From Eledone cirrhosa (lineage: Eukaryota), in assembly GCA_964016885.1 (NCBI GenBank), contig OZ024743.1:130324001-130388000 (forward strand): a stretch of DNA of 64,000 nt, given 5' to 3'. A program made the translations under genes and the position numbers. Below, piece by piece: positions 26,901 to 41,900 of this stretch. Every line of letters starts with the position of its first letter. The stretch's first letter is position 1. The notes beneath the pieces are model-generated. The model saw only the letters and a program-made list of their open reading frames with translations, did no database searches and had not been told where the DNA came from.

Positions 26901-29900
26901 TACACCAAGCACCAAGCACCAAACACCAAAAACCAATCACCAAGCACCAAAGAGCAAACACCAAGCCCCAAGCACCAAACACCAAACACCAAACACCAAA
27001 CAGCAAACACTAAACACCAAACACCAAACAGCAAACACGAAACACCAAATAGCAAACACCAAACACCAACTAGGAAATACCAAACAGCAAACACCAAACA
27101 GCAAACGCCAAACAGCAAACATAAACACCAAACACCAAACACCAAGCACCAAGCACCAAGCACAAAACACCAAGCAACAAGCGCCAAACACCAAACGCCA
27201 AACACCAAACACCAAACAGCAAACACCAATCACCAAACACCAAACACCAAACACCAAACAGCAAACACGAAACAGCAAACACCAAACAGTAAACACCAAA
27301 CAGCAAACACCAAACAGCAAACACCAAACACCAAATACCAAACACCAAGCACCAAGCACCAAACACCAAGCACCAAGCAACAAGTACCAATCACCAAGCA
27401 CCAAGCACTAAACACCAAACACCTAGCACCAAGCACCAAGCACCAAACACCAAGCACCAAGCACCAAGCACCAAGCACCAAACACCAAGCACCAAAGACC
27501 AAGCCCCAAATACCAAGCACCAAGAACCAAACACCAGTCACCAGGCACCAAGCACCAAACACCAACAACCAAGCACCAAGCACTAAACACCAAACACCAA
27601 GCACCAAGCACCAAACACCAAACACCAAGCACCAAGTACCAAACTCCAAACACCAAACACCAAGCACCAAGCACCAAATCCCAAGCACCAAACACCAGGC
27701 ACCAATCACCAAACACCAAACACCAAGCACCAAGCACCAAACACCCAAAACCAAGCACCAAGCACCAAGCACCAAACACCAAACACTGAACACCAAGTAC
27801 CAAGCACCAAACACCAAGCACCAAGCGCCAAAGACCAAACACCAAGCACCAAGCACGAAACACCAAGCACCAAGCACCGAGCACCAAACACCAAGTACCA
27901 GGCACCAATCAACAAACACCAAGCACCAAGCACCAAATACCAGACAGCAAGCACCAAGCACCAAACACCAAACACCAAGCACCAAACACCAAACACCTAG
28001 CACCAAGCACCAAGCACCGAATCCCAAGCACCAAACACCAAGCACCAAGCACCAAGCACCAAGCACCAAGCACCAAACACCAATCACCAAGCCCGAAGCA
28101 CCAAACACGAAGCACCAAGCACCAAACACCAAACACCAAGCACCATGCACCCAGAACCAAGCACCAAGCACCAAACACCAAACACCAAGCACCAAGCACC
28201 AATCACCAAACACCAAGCACCAAGCACCAAGCACCAAGCACCAAACACCATACACCAAGCACCAAGCACCAAACACCAAAAACCAATCACCAAGCACCAA
28301 AGAGCAAACACCAAGCCCCAAGCACCAAACACCAAACACCAAACACCGAACAGCAAACACTAAACACCAAACACCAAACAGCAAACACGAAACACCAAAT
28401 AGCAAACACCAAACACCAACCAGGAAACACCAAACAGCAAACACCAAACAGCAAACGCCAAACAGCAAACATAAACACCAAACACCAAACACCAAGCACC
28501 AAGCACCAAGCACAAAACACCAAGCAACAAGCGCCAAGCACCAAACGCCAAACACCAAACACCAAACAGCAAACACCAATCACCAAACACCAGACTCCAA
28601 ACACCAAACAGCAAACACCAAACACCAAACAGCAAACACGAAACAGCAAACACCAAACAGCAAACACGAAACAGCAAACACCAAACAGTAAACACCAAAC
28701 AGCAAACACCAAACAGCAAACACCAAACACCAAACACCAAACACCAAGCACCAAGCACCAAACACCAAGCACCAAGCAACAAGCACCAATCACCAAGCAC
28801 CAAGCACTAAACACCAAACACCTAGCACCAAGCACCAAGCACCAAACACCAAGCACCAAGCACCAAGCACCAAGCACCAAACACCAAGCACCAAAGACCA
28901 AGCCCCAAATACCAAGCACCAAGCACCAAACACCAGTCACCAGGCACCAAGCACCAAACACCAACAACCAAGCACCAAGCACTAAACACCAAACACCAAG
29001 CACCAAGCACCAAACACCAAACACCAAGCACCAAGTACCAAACTCCAAACACCAAACACCAAGCACCAAGCACCAAATCCCAAGCACCAAACACCAAGCA
29101 CCAATCACCAAACACCAAACACCAAGCACCAAGCACCAAACACCCAAAACCAAGCACCAAGCACCAAGCACCAAACACCAAACACTGAACACCAAGTACC
29201 AAGCACCAAACACCAAGCACCAAGCGCCAAAGACCAAACACCAAGCACCAAGCACGAAACACCAAGCACCAAGCACCGAGCACCAAACACCAAGTACCAG
29301 GCACCAATCAACTAACACCAAGCACCAAGCACCAAATACCAGACAGCAAGCACCAAGCACCAAACACCAAACACCAAGCACCAAGCACCAAACACCAAGC
29401 ACCAAGCGCCAAACACCAAACACCAAGCACCAAGCACCAAACACCAAGCACCAAGCACCAAGCACCAAACACCAAGCACCAAGCACCAAACACCAAGCAC
29501 CAATCACCAAACAGCAAACACCAAGCACCAAACACCAAACACCAAGCACCAAGCACCAAACACCAAGCACCAAGCACCAAACACCAAGCACCAAGCACCA
29601 AACACCAAAAACCAATCACCAAGCACCAAAGAGCAAACACCAAGCCCCAAGCACCAAACACCAAACACCAAACACCAAATAGCAAACACTAAACACCAAA
29701 CACCAAACAGCAAACACAAAACACCAAATAGCAAATACCAAACAGCAAACACCAAACACCAAACAGCAAACACCAAACACCAACCAGGAAACACCAAACA
29801 CCAAGCACCAAACACCAAGCACCAAGCCCCAAGCACCAAACACCAAGCACCAAGCACCAAACACCAAGCACCAAGCACCATGCACCAAACACCAAGCACC

Positions 29901-32900
29901 AAGCACCAAACAGCAAACACCAAACAGCAAACACCAAACACCAAACACCAACCAGCAAACACCAAGCATCAAACACCAAACACCAAGCACCAAGCACCAA
30001 ACACCAAACACCAAGCACCAAGCACCACACACCAAATACCAAGCACCAAGCACTAAACACCAAACACCAAGCACCAAGCACCAAGCATCAAGCACCAAGC
30101 ACCAAACACCAACCACCAAGCACCAAGCACCAAACACAAAACAACAAGTACCAAGCACCAAACACCAAACACCAAACACCAAGCACCAAGCACCAAACAC
30201 CAAGCACCAAACACCAAGCCCCAAATACCAAGCACCAAGCACCAAACACCAGTCACCAGGCACCAAGCACCAAACACCAACAACCAAGCACCAAGCACTA
30301 AACACCAAACACCAAGCACCAAGCACCGAACACCAAACACCAAGCACCAAGTACCAAACTCCAAACACCAAACACCAAGCACGAAGCACCAAATCCCAAG
30401 CACCAAACACCAAGCACCAATCAACAAACACCAAACACCAAGCACCAAGCACCAAACACCAAAAACCAAGCACCAAGCACCAAGCACCAAACACCAAACA
30501 CCGAACACCAAGTACCAAGCACCAAACACCAAGCACCAGGCGCCAAAGACCAAACACCAAGCACCAAGCACGAAACACCAAGCACCAAGCACCGAGCACC
30601 AAACACCAAGTACCAGGCACCAATCAACAAACACCAAGCACCAAGCACCAAATACCAGACAGCAAGCACCAAGCACCAAACACCAAACACCAAGCACCAA
30701 GCACCAAACACCAAGCACCAAGCGCCAAACACCAAACACCAAGCACCAAGCACCAAACACCAAGCACCAACCACCAAGCACCAAACACCAAGCACCAAGC
30801 ACCAAACACCAAGCACCAATCACCAAACAGCAAACACCAAGCACCAAACACCAAACACCAAGCACCAAGCACCAAACACCAAGCACCAAGCACCAAACAC
30901 CAAGCACCAAGCACCAAACACCAAAAACCAATCACCAAGCACCAAAGAGCAAACACCAAGCCCCGAGCACCAAACACCAAACACCAAACACCAAATAGCA
31001 AACACTAAACACCAAACACCAAACAGCAAACACAAAACACCAAATAGCAAATACCAAACAGCAAACACCAAACACCAAACAGCAAACACCAAACACCAAC
31101 CAGGAAACACCAAACACCAAGCACCAAACACCAAGCACCAAGCCCCAAGCACCAAACACCAAGCACCAAGCACCAAATACCAAGCACCAAGCACCATGCA
31201 CCAAACACCTAGCACCAAGCACCAAACAGCAAACACCAAACAGCAAACACCAAACACCAACCAGCGAACACCAAGCACCAAACACCAAACACCAAGCACC
31301 AAGCACCAAACACCAAACACCAAGCACCAAGCACCACACACCAAATACCAAGCACCAAGCACTAAACACCAAACACCAAGCACCAAGCACCAATCACCAA
31401 GCACCAAGCACTAAACACCAAACACCTAGCACCAAGCACCAAGCACCAAACACCAAGCACCAAGCACCAAGCACCAAACACCAAGCACCAAAGACCAATC
31501 CCCAAATACCAAGCACCAAGCACCAAACACTAATCACCAGGGACTAAGCACCAAACACCAAGAACCAAGCACCAAGCACTAAACACCAAACACCAAGCAC
31601 CAAGCACCAAACACCAAACACCAAGCACCAAGTACCAAACTCCAAACACCAAACACCAAGCACCAAGCACCAAATCCCAAGCACCAAACACCAAGCACCA
31701 ATCACCAAACACCAAACACCAAGCACCAAGCACCAAACACCAAAAACCAAGCACCAAGCACCAAGCACCAAACACCAAGCACCAAGCACCAAACCCCAAA
31801 CAGCAAGCACCAAGCACCAAACACCAAACACCAAGCACCAAGCACCACACACCAACTACCAAGCACCAAGCACTAAACACCAAACACCAAGCACCAAGCA
31901 CCAAGCATCAAGCACCAAGCACCAAACACCAAGCACCAAGCACCAAGCACCAAACATAAAACAACAAGTACCAAGCACCAAACACCAAACACCAAACACC
32001 AAACACCAAGCACAAAGCACCAAACACCAAACACCAAGCACCAAGCACCAGACACCAAGCACCAAGCACCAAGCACCAAGCACCAAAAACCAAGCACCAA
32101 GCACCAAGGACCAAACACCAAACACCAAACACCAAGCACCAAGCACCAAACACCAAACACCAAGCACCAAACACCAAACACCAAGCACCAATCACCAAAC
32201 ACCAAGCACCAAGCGCCAAACACCAAACACCAAACACCTAGCACCAAGCACCAAGCACCGAATCCCAAGCACCAAACACCAAGCACCAAGCACCAAGCAC
32301 CAAGCACCAAGCACCAAACACCAATCACCAAGCCCGAAGCACCAAACACGAAGCACCAAGCACCAAACACCAAACACCAAGCACCATGCACCCAGAACCA
32401 AGCACCAAGCACCAAACACCAAACACCAAGCACCAAGCACCAATCACCAAACACCAAGCACCAAACACCAAGCACCAAGCACCAAACACCATACACCAAG
32501 CACCAAGCACCAAACACCAAAAACCAATCACCAAGCACCAAAGAGCAAACACCAAGCCCCAAGCACCAAACACCAAACACCAAACACCAAACAGCAAACA
32601 CTAAACACCAAACACCAAACAGCAAACACGAAACACCAAATAGCAAACACCAAACACCAACTAGGAAATACCAAACAGCAAACACCAAACAGCAAACGCC
32701 AAACAGCAAACATAAACACCAAACACCAAACACCAAGCACCAAGCACCAAGCACAAAACACCAAGCAACAAGCGCCAAACACCAAACGCCAAACACCAAA
32801 CACCAAACAGCAAACACCAATCACCAAACACCAAACACCAAACACCAAACAGCAAACACGAAACAGCAAACACCAAACAGTAAACACCAAACAGCAAACA

Positions 32901-35900
32901 CCAAACAGCAAACACCAAACACCAAATACCAAACACCAAGCACCAAGCACCAAACACCAAGCACCAAGCAACAAGTACCAATCACCAAGCACCAAGCACT
33001 AAACACCAAACACCTAGCACCAAGCACCAAGCACCAAACACCAAGCACCAAGCACCAAGCACCAAGCACCAAACACCAAGCACCAAAGACCAAGCCCCAA
33101 ATACCAAGCACCAAGAACCAAACACCAGTCACCAGGCACCAAGCACCAAACACCAACAACCAAGCACCAAGCACTAAACACCAAACACCAAGCACCAAGC
33201 ACCAAACACCAAACACCAAGCACCAAGTACCAAACTCCAAACACCAAACACCAAGCACCAAGCACCAAATCCCAAGCACCAAACACCAGGCACCAATCAC
33301 CAAACACCAAACACCAAGCACCAAGCACCAAACACCCAAAACCAAGCACCAAGCACCAAGCACCAAACACCAAACACTGAACACCAAGTACCAAGCACCA
33401 AACACCAAGCACCAAGCGCCAAAGACCAAACACCAAGCACCAAGCACGAAACACCAAGCACCAAGCACCGAGCACCAAACACCAAGTACCAGGCACCAAT
33501 CAACAAACACCAAGCACCAAGCACCAAATACCAGACAGCAAGCACCAAGCACCAAACACCAAACACCAAGCACCAAACACCAAACACCTAGCACCAAGCA
33601 CCAAGCACCGAATCCCAAGCACCAAACACCAAGCACCAAGCACCAAGCACCAAGCACCAAGCACCAAACACCAATCACCAAGCCCGAAGCACCAAACACG
33701 AAGCACCAAGCACCAAACACCAAACACCAAGCACCATGCACCCAGAACCAAGCACCAAGCACCAAACACCAAACACCAAGCACCAAGCACCAATCACCAA
33801 ACACCAAGCACCAAGCACCAAGCACCAAGCACCAAACACCATACACCAAGCACCAAGCACCAAACACCAAAAACCAATCACCAAGCACCAAAGAGCAAAC
33901 ACCAAGCCCCAAGCACCAAACACCAAACACCAAACACCGAACAGCAAACACTAAACACCAAACACCAAACAGCAAACACGAAACACCAAATAGCAAACAC
34001 CAAACACCAACCAGGAAACACCAAACAGCAAACACCAAACAGCAAACGCCAAACAGCAAACATAAACACCAAACACCAAACACCAAGCACCAAGCACCAA
34101 GCACAAAACACCAAGCAACAAGCGCCAAGCACCAAACGCCAAACACCAAACACCAAACAGCAAACACCAATCACCAAACACCAGACTCCAAACACCAAAC
34201 AGCAAACACCAAACACCAAACAGCAAACACGAAACAGCAAACACCAAACAGCAAACACGAAACAGCAAACACCAAACAGTAAACACCAAACAGCAAACAC
34301 CAAACAGCAAACACCAAACACCAAACACCAAACACCAAGCACCAAGCACCAAACACCAAGCACCAAGCAACAAGCACCAATCACCAAGCACCAAGCACTA
34401 AACACCAAACACCTAGCACCAAGCACCAAGCACCAAACACCAAGCACCAAGCACCAAGCACCAAGCACCAAACACCAAGCACCAAAGACCAAGCCCCAAA
34501 TACCAAGCACCAAGCACCAAACACCAGTCACCAGGCACCAAGCACCAAACACCAACAACCAAGCACCAAGCACTAAACACCAAACACCAAGCACCAAGCA
34601 CCAAACACCAAACACCAAGCACCAAGTACCAAACTCCAAACACCAAACACCAAGCACCAAGCACCAAATCCCAAGCACCAAACACCAAGCACCAATCACC
34701 AAACACCAAACACCAAGCACCAAGCACCAAACACCCAAAACCAAGCACCAAGCACCAAGCACCAAACACCAAACACTGAACACCAAGTACCAAGCACCAA
34801 ACACCAAGCACCAAGCGCCAAAGACCAAACACCAAGCACCAAGCACGAAACACCAAGCACCAAGCACCGAGCACCAAACACCAAGTACCAGGCACCAATC
34901 AACTAACACCAAGCACCAAGCACCAAATACCAGACAGCAAGCACCAAGCACCAAACACCAAACACCAAGCACCAAGCACCAAACACCAAGCACCAAGCGC
35001 CAAACACCAAACACCAAGCACCAAGCACCAAACACCAAGCACCAAGCACCAAGCACCAAACACCAAGCACCAAGCACCAAACACCAAGCACCAATCACCA
35101 AACAGCAAACACCAAGCACCAAACACCAAACACCAAGCACCAAGCACCAAACACCAAGCACCAAGCACCAAACACCAAGCACCAAGCACCAAACACCAAA
35201 AACCAATCACCAAGCACCAAAGAGCAAACACCAAGCCCCAAGCACCAAACACCAAACACCAAACACCAAATAGCAAACACTAAACACCAAACACCAAACA
35301 GCAAACACAAAACACCAAATAGCAAATACCAAACAGCAAACACCAAACACCAAACAGCAAACACCAAACACCAACCAGGAAACACCAAACACCAAGCACC
35401 AAACACCAAGCACCAAGCCCCAAGCACCAAACACCAAGCACCAAGCACCAAACACCAAGCACCAAGCACCATGCACCAAACACCAAGCACCAAGCACCAA
35501 ACAGCAAACACCAAACAGCAAACACCAAACACCAAACACCAACCAGCAAACACCAAGCATCAAACACCAAACACCAAGCACCAAGCACCAAACACCAAAC
35601 ACCAAGCACCAAGCACCACACACCAAATACCAAGCACCAAGCACTAAACACCAAACACCAAGCACCAAGCACCAAGCATCAAGCACCAAGCACCAAACAC
35701 CAACCACCAAGCACCAAGCACCAAACACAAAACAACAAGTACCAAGCACCAAACACCAAACACCAAACACCAAGCACCAAGCACCAGACACCAAGCACCA
35801 AGCACCAAGCACCAAGCACCAAAAACCAAGCACCAAGCTCCAAGCACCAAACACCAAGCACCAACCATCAAGCACCAAACACCAAGCACCAGGCACCAAG

Positions 35901-38900
35901 CACCAAGCACCAAGCACCAAACACCAAGCACCAAGCGCCAAACAGCAAACACCAAGCACCAAACACCAAACACCAAGCACCAAGCAACAAACACCAAACA
36001 CCAAGCACCAAACACCAAGCACCAAGCCCCAAGCACCAAACACCAAGCACCAAGCACCAAACACCAAGCACCAAGCACCAAGCACCATGCACCAAACACC
36101 AAGCACCAAGCACCAAACAGCAAACACCAAACAGCAAACACCAAACAGCAAACACCAAACAGCAAACACCAAAGACCAAACACCAAACAGCAAACGCCAA
36201 AAAGCAAACGCCAAACTCCAAACGCCAAACAGCAAATGCCAAACCCCAAACGCCAAACAGCAAACGCCAAGCACCAAACACCAAACACCAAGCGCCAAGC
36301 ACCAAACACCAAACACCAAGCACCAAGCACCAAACACCAAACACCAAGCACCAAGTACCAAACACCAAACACCAAGCACCAAACACCAAAGAGCAAACGC
36401 AAAAAAGCAAACGCCAAACCCCATACGCCAAACAGCAAATGCCAAACCCCAAACGCCAAACAGCAAACGCCAAGCACCAAACACCAAACACCAAGCACCA
36501 AGCGCCAAACACCAAGCACCAAGCACCAAGCACCAAACACCAAACACCAAGCACCAATCACCAAACACCAAACACCAAGTGCCAAACACCAAACACCAAA
36601 CACCTAGCACCAATCACCAATCACCAAACACCAAGCACCAAACACCAAGCACCAAGCACCAAGCACCAAGCACCAAGCACCAAACACCAATCACCAAGCC
36701 CCAAGCACCAAACACCAAGCACCAAGCACCAAACACCATACACCAAGCACCAAGCACCAAACACCAAAAACCAATCACCAAGCACCAAAGAGCAAACACC
36801 AAGCCCCAAGCACCAAACACCAAACAGCAAACACCAAACAGCAAACACCAAACACCAACCAGCGAACACCAAGCACCAAACACCAAACACCAAGCACCAA
36901 GCACCAAACACCAAACACCAAGCACCAAGCACCACACACCAAATACCAAGCACCAAGCACTAAACACCAAACACCAAGCACCAAGCACCAATCACCAAGC
37001 ACCAAGCACTAAACACCAAACACCTAGCACCAAGCACCAAGCACCAAACACCAAGCACCAAGCACCAAGCACCAAACACCAAGCACCAAAGACCAATCCC
37101 CAAATACCAAGCACCAAGCACCAAACACTAATCACCAGGGACTAAGCACCAAACACCAAGAACCAAGCACCAAGCACTAAACACCAAACACCAAGCACCA
37201 AGCACCAAACACCAAACACCAAGCACCAAGTACCAAACTCCAAACACCAAACACCAAGCACCAAGCACCAAATCCCAAGCACCAAACACCAAGCACCAAT
37301 CACCAAACACCAAACACCAAGCACCAAGCACCAAACACCAAAAACCAAGCACCAAGCACCAAGCACCAAACACCAAGCACCAAGCACCAAACACCAAACA
37401 GCAAGCACCAAGCACCAAACACCAAACACCAAGCACCAAGCACCACACACCAACTACCAAGCACCAAGCACTAAACACCAAACACCAAGCACCAAGCACC
37501 AAGCATCAAGCACCAAGCACCAAACACCAAGCACCAAGCACCAAGCACCAAACATAAAACAACAAGTACCAAGCACCAAACACCAAACACCAAACACCAA
37601 ACACCAAGCACAAAGCACCAAACACCAAACACCAAGCACCAAGCACCAGACACCAAGCACCAAGCACCAAGCACCAAGCACCAAAAACCAAGCACCAAGC
37701 ACCAAGGACCAAACACCAAGCACCAAACACCAAACACCAAGCACCAAGCACCAAACACCAAACACCAAGCACCAAACACCAAACACCAAGCACCAATCAC
37801 CAAACACCAAGCACCAAGCGCCAAACACCAAACACCAAACACCTAGCACCAAGCACCAAGCACCGAATCCCAAGCACCAAACACCAAGCACCAAGCACCA
37901 AGCACCAAGCACCAAGCACCAAACACCAATCACCAAGCCCGAAGCACCAAACACGAAGCACCAAGCACCAAACACCAAACACCAAGCACCATGCACCCAG
38001 AACCAAGCACCAAGCACCAAACACCAAACACCAAGCACCAAGCACCAATCACCAAACACCAAGCACCAAACACCAAGCACCAAGCACCAAACACCATACA
38101 CCAAGCACCAAGCACCAAACACCAAAAACCAATCACCAAGCACCAAAGAGCAAACACCAAGCCCCAAGCACCAAACACCAAACACCAAACACCAAACAGC
38201 AAACACTAAACACCAAACACCAAACAGCAAACACGAAACACCAAATAGCAAACACCAAACACCAACCAGGAAACACCAAACAGCAAACACCAAACAGCAA
38301 ACGCCAAACAGCAAACATAAACACCAAACACCAAACACCAAGCACCAAGCACCAAGCACAAAACACCAAGCAACAAACGCCAAGCACCAAACGCCAAACA
38401 CCAAACACCAAACAGCAAACACCAATCACCAAACACCAAACACCAAACACCAAACAGCAAACACGAAACAGCAAACACCAAACAGTAAACACCAAACAGC
38501 AAACACCAAGCACCAAGCACCAAACACCAAGCACCAAGCAACAAGCACCAATCACCAAGCACCAAGCACTAAACACCAAACACCTAGCACCAAGCACCAA
38601 GCACCAAACACCAAGCACCAAGCACCAAGCACCAAGCACCAAACACCAAGCACCAAAGACCAAGCCCCAAATACCAAGCACCAAGCACCAAACACCAGTC
38701 ACCAGGCACCAAGCACCAAACACCAACAACCAAGCACCAAGCACTAAACACCAAACACCAAGCACCAAGCACCAAACACCAAACACCAAGCACCAAGTAC
38801 CAAACTCCAAACACCAAACACCAAGCACCAAGCACCAAATCCGAAGCACCAAACACCAGGCACCAATCACCAAACACCAAACACCAAGCACCAAGCACCA

Positions 38901-41900
38901 AACACCCAAAACCAAGCACCAAGCACCAAGCACCAAACACCAAACACTGAACACCAAGTACCAAGCACCAAACACCAAGCACCAAGCGCCAAAGACCAAA
39001 CACCAAGCACCAAGCACGAAACACCAAGCACCAAGCACCGAGCACCAAACACCAAGTACCAGGCACCAATCAACAAACACCAAGCACCAAGCACCAAATA
39101 CCAGACAGCAAGCACCAAGCACCAAACACCAAACACCAAGCACCAAACACCAAACACCTAGCACCAAGCACCAAGCACCGAATCCCAAGCACCAAACACC
39201 AAGCACCAAGCACCAAGCACCAAGCACCAAGCACCAAACACCAATCACCAAGCCCGAAGCACCAAACACGAAGCACCAAGCACCAAACACCAAACACCAA
39301 GCACCATGCACCCAGAACCAAGCACCAAGCACCAAACACCAAACACCAAGCACCAAGCACCAATCACCAAACACCAAGCACCAAGCACCAAGCACCAAGC
39401 ACCAAACACCATACACCAAGCACCAAGCACCAAACACCAAAAACCAATCACCAAGCACCAAAGAGCAAACACCAAGCCCCAAGCACCAAACACCAAACAC
39501 CAAACACCAAACAGCAAACACTAAACACCAAACACCAAACACCAAACACGAAACACCAAATAGCAAACACCAAACACCAACCAGGAAACACCAAACAGCA
39601 AACACCAAACAGCAAACGCCAAACAGCAAACATAAACACCAAACACCAAACACCAAGCACCAAGTACCAAGCACAAAACACCAAGCAACAAGCGCCAAGC
39701 ACCAAACGCCAAACACCAAACACCAAACAGCAAACACCAATCACCAAACACCAGACTCCAAACACCAAACAGCAAACACCAAACACCAAACAGCAAACAC
39801 GAAACAGCAAACACCAAACAGCAAACACGAAACAGCAAACACCAAACAGTAAACACCAAACAGCAAACACCAAACAGCAAACACCAAACACCAAACACCA
39901 AACACCAAGCACCAAGCACCAAACACCAAGCACCAAGCAACAAGCACCAATCACCAAGCACCAAGCACTAAACACCAAACACCTAGCACCAAGCACCAAG
40001 CACCAAACACCAAGCACCAAGCACCAAGCACCAAGCACCAAACACCAAGCACCAAAGACCAAGCCCCAAATACCAAGCACCAAGCACCAAACACCAGTCA
40101 CCAGGCACCAAGCACCAAACACCAACAACCAAGCACCAAGCACTAAACACCAAACACCAAGCACCAAGCACCAAACACCAAACACCAAGCACCAAGTACC
40201 AAACTCCAAACACCAAACACCAAGCACCAAGCACCAAATCCCAAGCACCAAACACCAAGCACCAATCACCAAACACCAAACACCAAGCACCAAGCACCAA
40301 ACACCCAAAACCAAGCACCAAGCACCAAGCACCAAACACCAAACACTGAACACCAAGTACCAAGCACCAAACACCAAGCACCAAGCGCCAAAGACCAAAC
40401 ACCAAGCACCAAGCACGAAACACCAAGCACCAAGCACCGAGCACCAAACACCAAGTACCAGGCACCAATCAACAAACACCAAGCACCAAGCACCAAATAC
40501 CAGACAGCAAGCACCAAGCACCAAACACCAAACACCAAGCACCAAGCACCAAACACCAAGCACCAAGCGCCAAACACCAAACACCAAGCACCAAGCACCA
40601 AACACCAAGCACCAAGCACCAAGCACCAAACACCAAGCACCAAGCACCAAACACCAAGCACCAATCACCAAACAGCAAACACCAAGCACCAAACACCAAA
40701 CACCAAGCACCAAGCACCAAACACCAAGCACCAAGCACCAAACACCAAGCACCAAGCACCAAACACCAAAAACCAATCACCAAGCACCAAAGAGCAAACA
40801 CCAAGCCCCAAGCACCAATCACCAAACACCAAACACCAAATAGCAAACACTAAACACCAAACACCAAACAGCAAACACAAAACACCAAATAGCAAATACC
40901 AAACAGCAAACACCAAACACCAAACAGCAAACACCAAACACCAACCAGGAAACACCAAACACCAAGCACCAAACACCAAGCACCAAGCCCCAAGCACCAA
41001 ACACCAAGCACCAAGCACCAAACACCAAGCACCAAGCACCATGCACCAAACACCAAGCACCAAGCACCAAACAGCAAACACCAAACAGCAAACACCAAAC
41101 ACCAAACACCAACCAGCAAACACCAAGCACCAAACACCAAACACCAAGCACCAAACACCAAACACCAAACACCAAGCACCAAGCACCACACACCAAATAC
41201 CAAGCACCAAGCACTAAACACCAAACACCAAGCACCAAGCACCAAGCATCAAGCACCAAGCACCAAACACCAACCACCAAGCACCAAGCACCAAACACAA
41301 AACAAGTACCAAGCACCAAACACCAAACACCAAACACCAAACACCAAGCACCAAGCACCAGACACCAAGCACCAAGCACCAAGCACCAAGCACCAAAAAC
41401 CAAGCACCAAGCTCCAAGCACCAAACACCAAGCACCAACCACCAAGCACCAAGCACCAAGCACCATGCACCAAACACCAAGCACCAAGCACCAAACAGCA
41501 AACACCAAGCACCAAGCACCAAACAGCAAACACCAAGCACCAAACACCAAACACCAAGCACCAAGCAACAAACACCAAACACCAAGCACCAAACACCAAG
41601 CACCAAGCCCCAAGCACCAAACACCAAGCACCAAGCACCAAACACCAAGCACCAAGCACCAAGCACCATGCACCAAACACCAAGCACCAAGCACCAAACA
41701 GCAAACACCAAACAGCAAACACCAAACAGCAAACACCAAACAGCAAACACCAAAGACCAAACACCAAACAGCAAACGCCAAAAAGCAAACGCCAAACTCC
41801 AAACGCCAAACAGCAAATGCCAAACCCCAAACGCCAAACAGCAAACGCCAAGCACCAAACACCAAACACCAAGCGCCAAGCACCAAACACCAAACACCAA

